Below are positions 47,241-48,166 of a stretch of 48,166 nt of DNA, piece after piece. The translations under genes were made by a program, and so were the position numbers. The stretch is from a virus (Duplodnaviria; Heunggongvirae; Uroviricota; Caudoviricetes): the IMG/VR virus record IMGVR_UViG_2639762987_000003; one strand, written 5' to 3'. Position 1 is the stretch's first letter, and each line of letters opens with the position of its first letter. The notes below the pieces were generated by a model. The model was not told where the DNA came from. It ran no database searches and saw only the letters and a program-made list of their open reading frames with translations.

Positions 47241-47517
47241 CTTCCGCTGCTGATTTACACGCCGCAGTTACTGATATATTGATAACCGGTGCGCTAATCG
47301 TGATGGACGACTCTGTCGGTTGACGCGATATAACTGAACGATGGTTATCAATGAAGTCCACAATCTCATTCAGGCATTCTTTAGCTGCCTCATCGTGACT
47401 TTTTCCGTATGCTTCACGGAGGACTTTCATCCTCATCATTGCTCCGTCACATATAGTCGAAAGCGCGTAAAGCACATCACTAACCGCCATTTCTTTTTTG
47501 GTGCTTGTCGAAGGCAT
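47218..47517 (-). CDS. Hypothetical protein
   Basis: 99-aa ORF in the cassette-C proximal operon. Confidence 0.45.
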   Translation of the reverse strand: MPSTSTKKEMAVSDVLYALSTICDGAMMRMKVLREAYGKSHDEAAKECLNEIVDFIDNHRSVISRQPTESSITISAPVINISVTAACKSAAEDDRAYAE

Positions 47518-47591
47518 CCCATGTTCTCCTTTGTCTGGATGTAAAAAAGCCCCGGCAATTGCCGAGGCTCGTTGTTCGTTATCGTTACGGT

Positions 47592-47792
47592 TTAATGCTC
47601 GCGTCGTCCGGCGACAACTTCGGATTTGTATTTCAGGTCGCCCAGCAAGAATTGCAGTTTAAGCATCTTTGCCGCCGTGTAGTTCCCTGATTCCACAACC
47701 TCTTTCATGAGGTCATAAACGGCCGCAACATCATCAGCCAGGAACTCTTTGCGTTGCTGCTCAGTCGCACGTTTGAAGGAAATACGCATCAC
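47592..47792 (-). CDS. Hypothetical small protein
   Basis: 66-aa ORF, start overlaps the upstream stop. Confidence 0.4.
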   Translation of the reverse strand: MMRISFKRATEQQRKEFLADDVAAVYDLMKEVVESGNYTAAKMLKLQFLLGDLKYKSEVVAGRREH

Positions 47793-48058
47793 TCATCATC
47801 TCCTGCCGCACATACAACCTCACAAAAAAAATCAGCAGAATGTTTCTCCTTGAACGAATGACGCTCAAAACCGCACTCAATATCAGGCGCAAAAACATCC
47901 ACCACATACGGTCTTTCAGAATGTTTGTTTTCCCAACGATAAACCGTAGTGACGTTGAAATGTTTTAACGCTTCACGGAACTCAACGCTGCCCGTCAGGT
48001 TTTTTGAGGTCAGGTATTGCAGGAGGTTTTTTACTACTTCACGGTCTTGTACTTTCAT
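47789..48058 (-). CDS. Hypothetical protein, first gene behind promoter cassette C
   Basis: Start set at the ATG 8 nt after the cassette's GGAG (MKVQDREVV...); the longer track ORF translates the leader. Confidence 0.5.
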   Translation of the reverse strand: MKVQDREVVKNLLQYLTSKNLTGSVEFREALKHFNVTTVYRWENKHSERPYVVDVFAPDIECGFERHSFKEKHSADFFCEVVCAAGDDE

Positions 48059-48166
48059 CAGATTTCTCCGGTTTAACCAGGGCGGGTATCGCTCGGTTTC
48101 GGGTATAACCATAGGAAATTTTTTCCCACCTGTAAAGCACTTTTTATATAAATATATAATTATATA
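48055..48166 (-). promoter_or_regulatory. Promoter-leader cassette copy C (continues across the circular join into positions 1-34)
   Basis: Same -35 TTTACA (48136-48131) / -10 TATGGT (48113-48108) / leader / GGAG as copies A and B; one mismatch in the AT-rich end; TATAATTATA at 48155-48164. Confidence 0.6.

Noticed and set aside
1-48166. CRISPR array among the AT-rich repeats
   Set aside because: The repeats are irregularly spaced, differ in flanks and sit at promoters, not in a repeat-spacer array; no cas genes are present.

Overview
The window appears to be a complete circular temperate phage-plasmid of about 48.1 kb (the first 34 nt are identical to the last 34 nt, and no integrase is recognisable). 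All calls are by eye from the sequence and ORF track; no searches were run. Plasmid-maintenance side: an IncFII-type RepA-like initiator with a downstream AT-rich DnaA-box region, a ParA ATPase plus small ParG-like partner, and a HigB/HigA-like toxin-antitoxin pair. Immunity side: a CI-like repressor with ACCAC-N5-GTGGT operator palindromes, and an antirepressor module preceded by a structured leader RNA. Lytic side (almost all on the minus strand): a Q-like antiterminator followed by three near-identical ~100-bp promoter-leader cassettes, a lysis cassette (holins, GH108 endolysin, overlapping spanins), a tRNA with CAU anticodon, two DNA methyltransferases with ParB-like nuclease-domain proteins, lambda-like packaging/head genes (Nu1, A, W, B, C, D, E-like) and a P2/Mu-like contractile tail with a frameshifted chaperone. 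The most interesting signals are the triplicated promoter cassette, the shared operator at the ant and repA control regions, a dispersed TATAATTATA palindrome family, a candidate type I toxin/antisense-RNA pair, and an uncharacterised accessory island at 14.2-16.8 kb.
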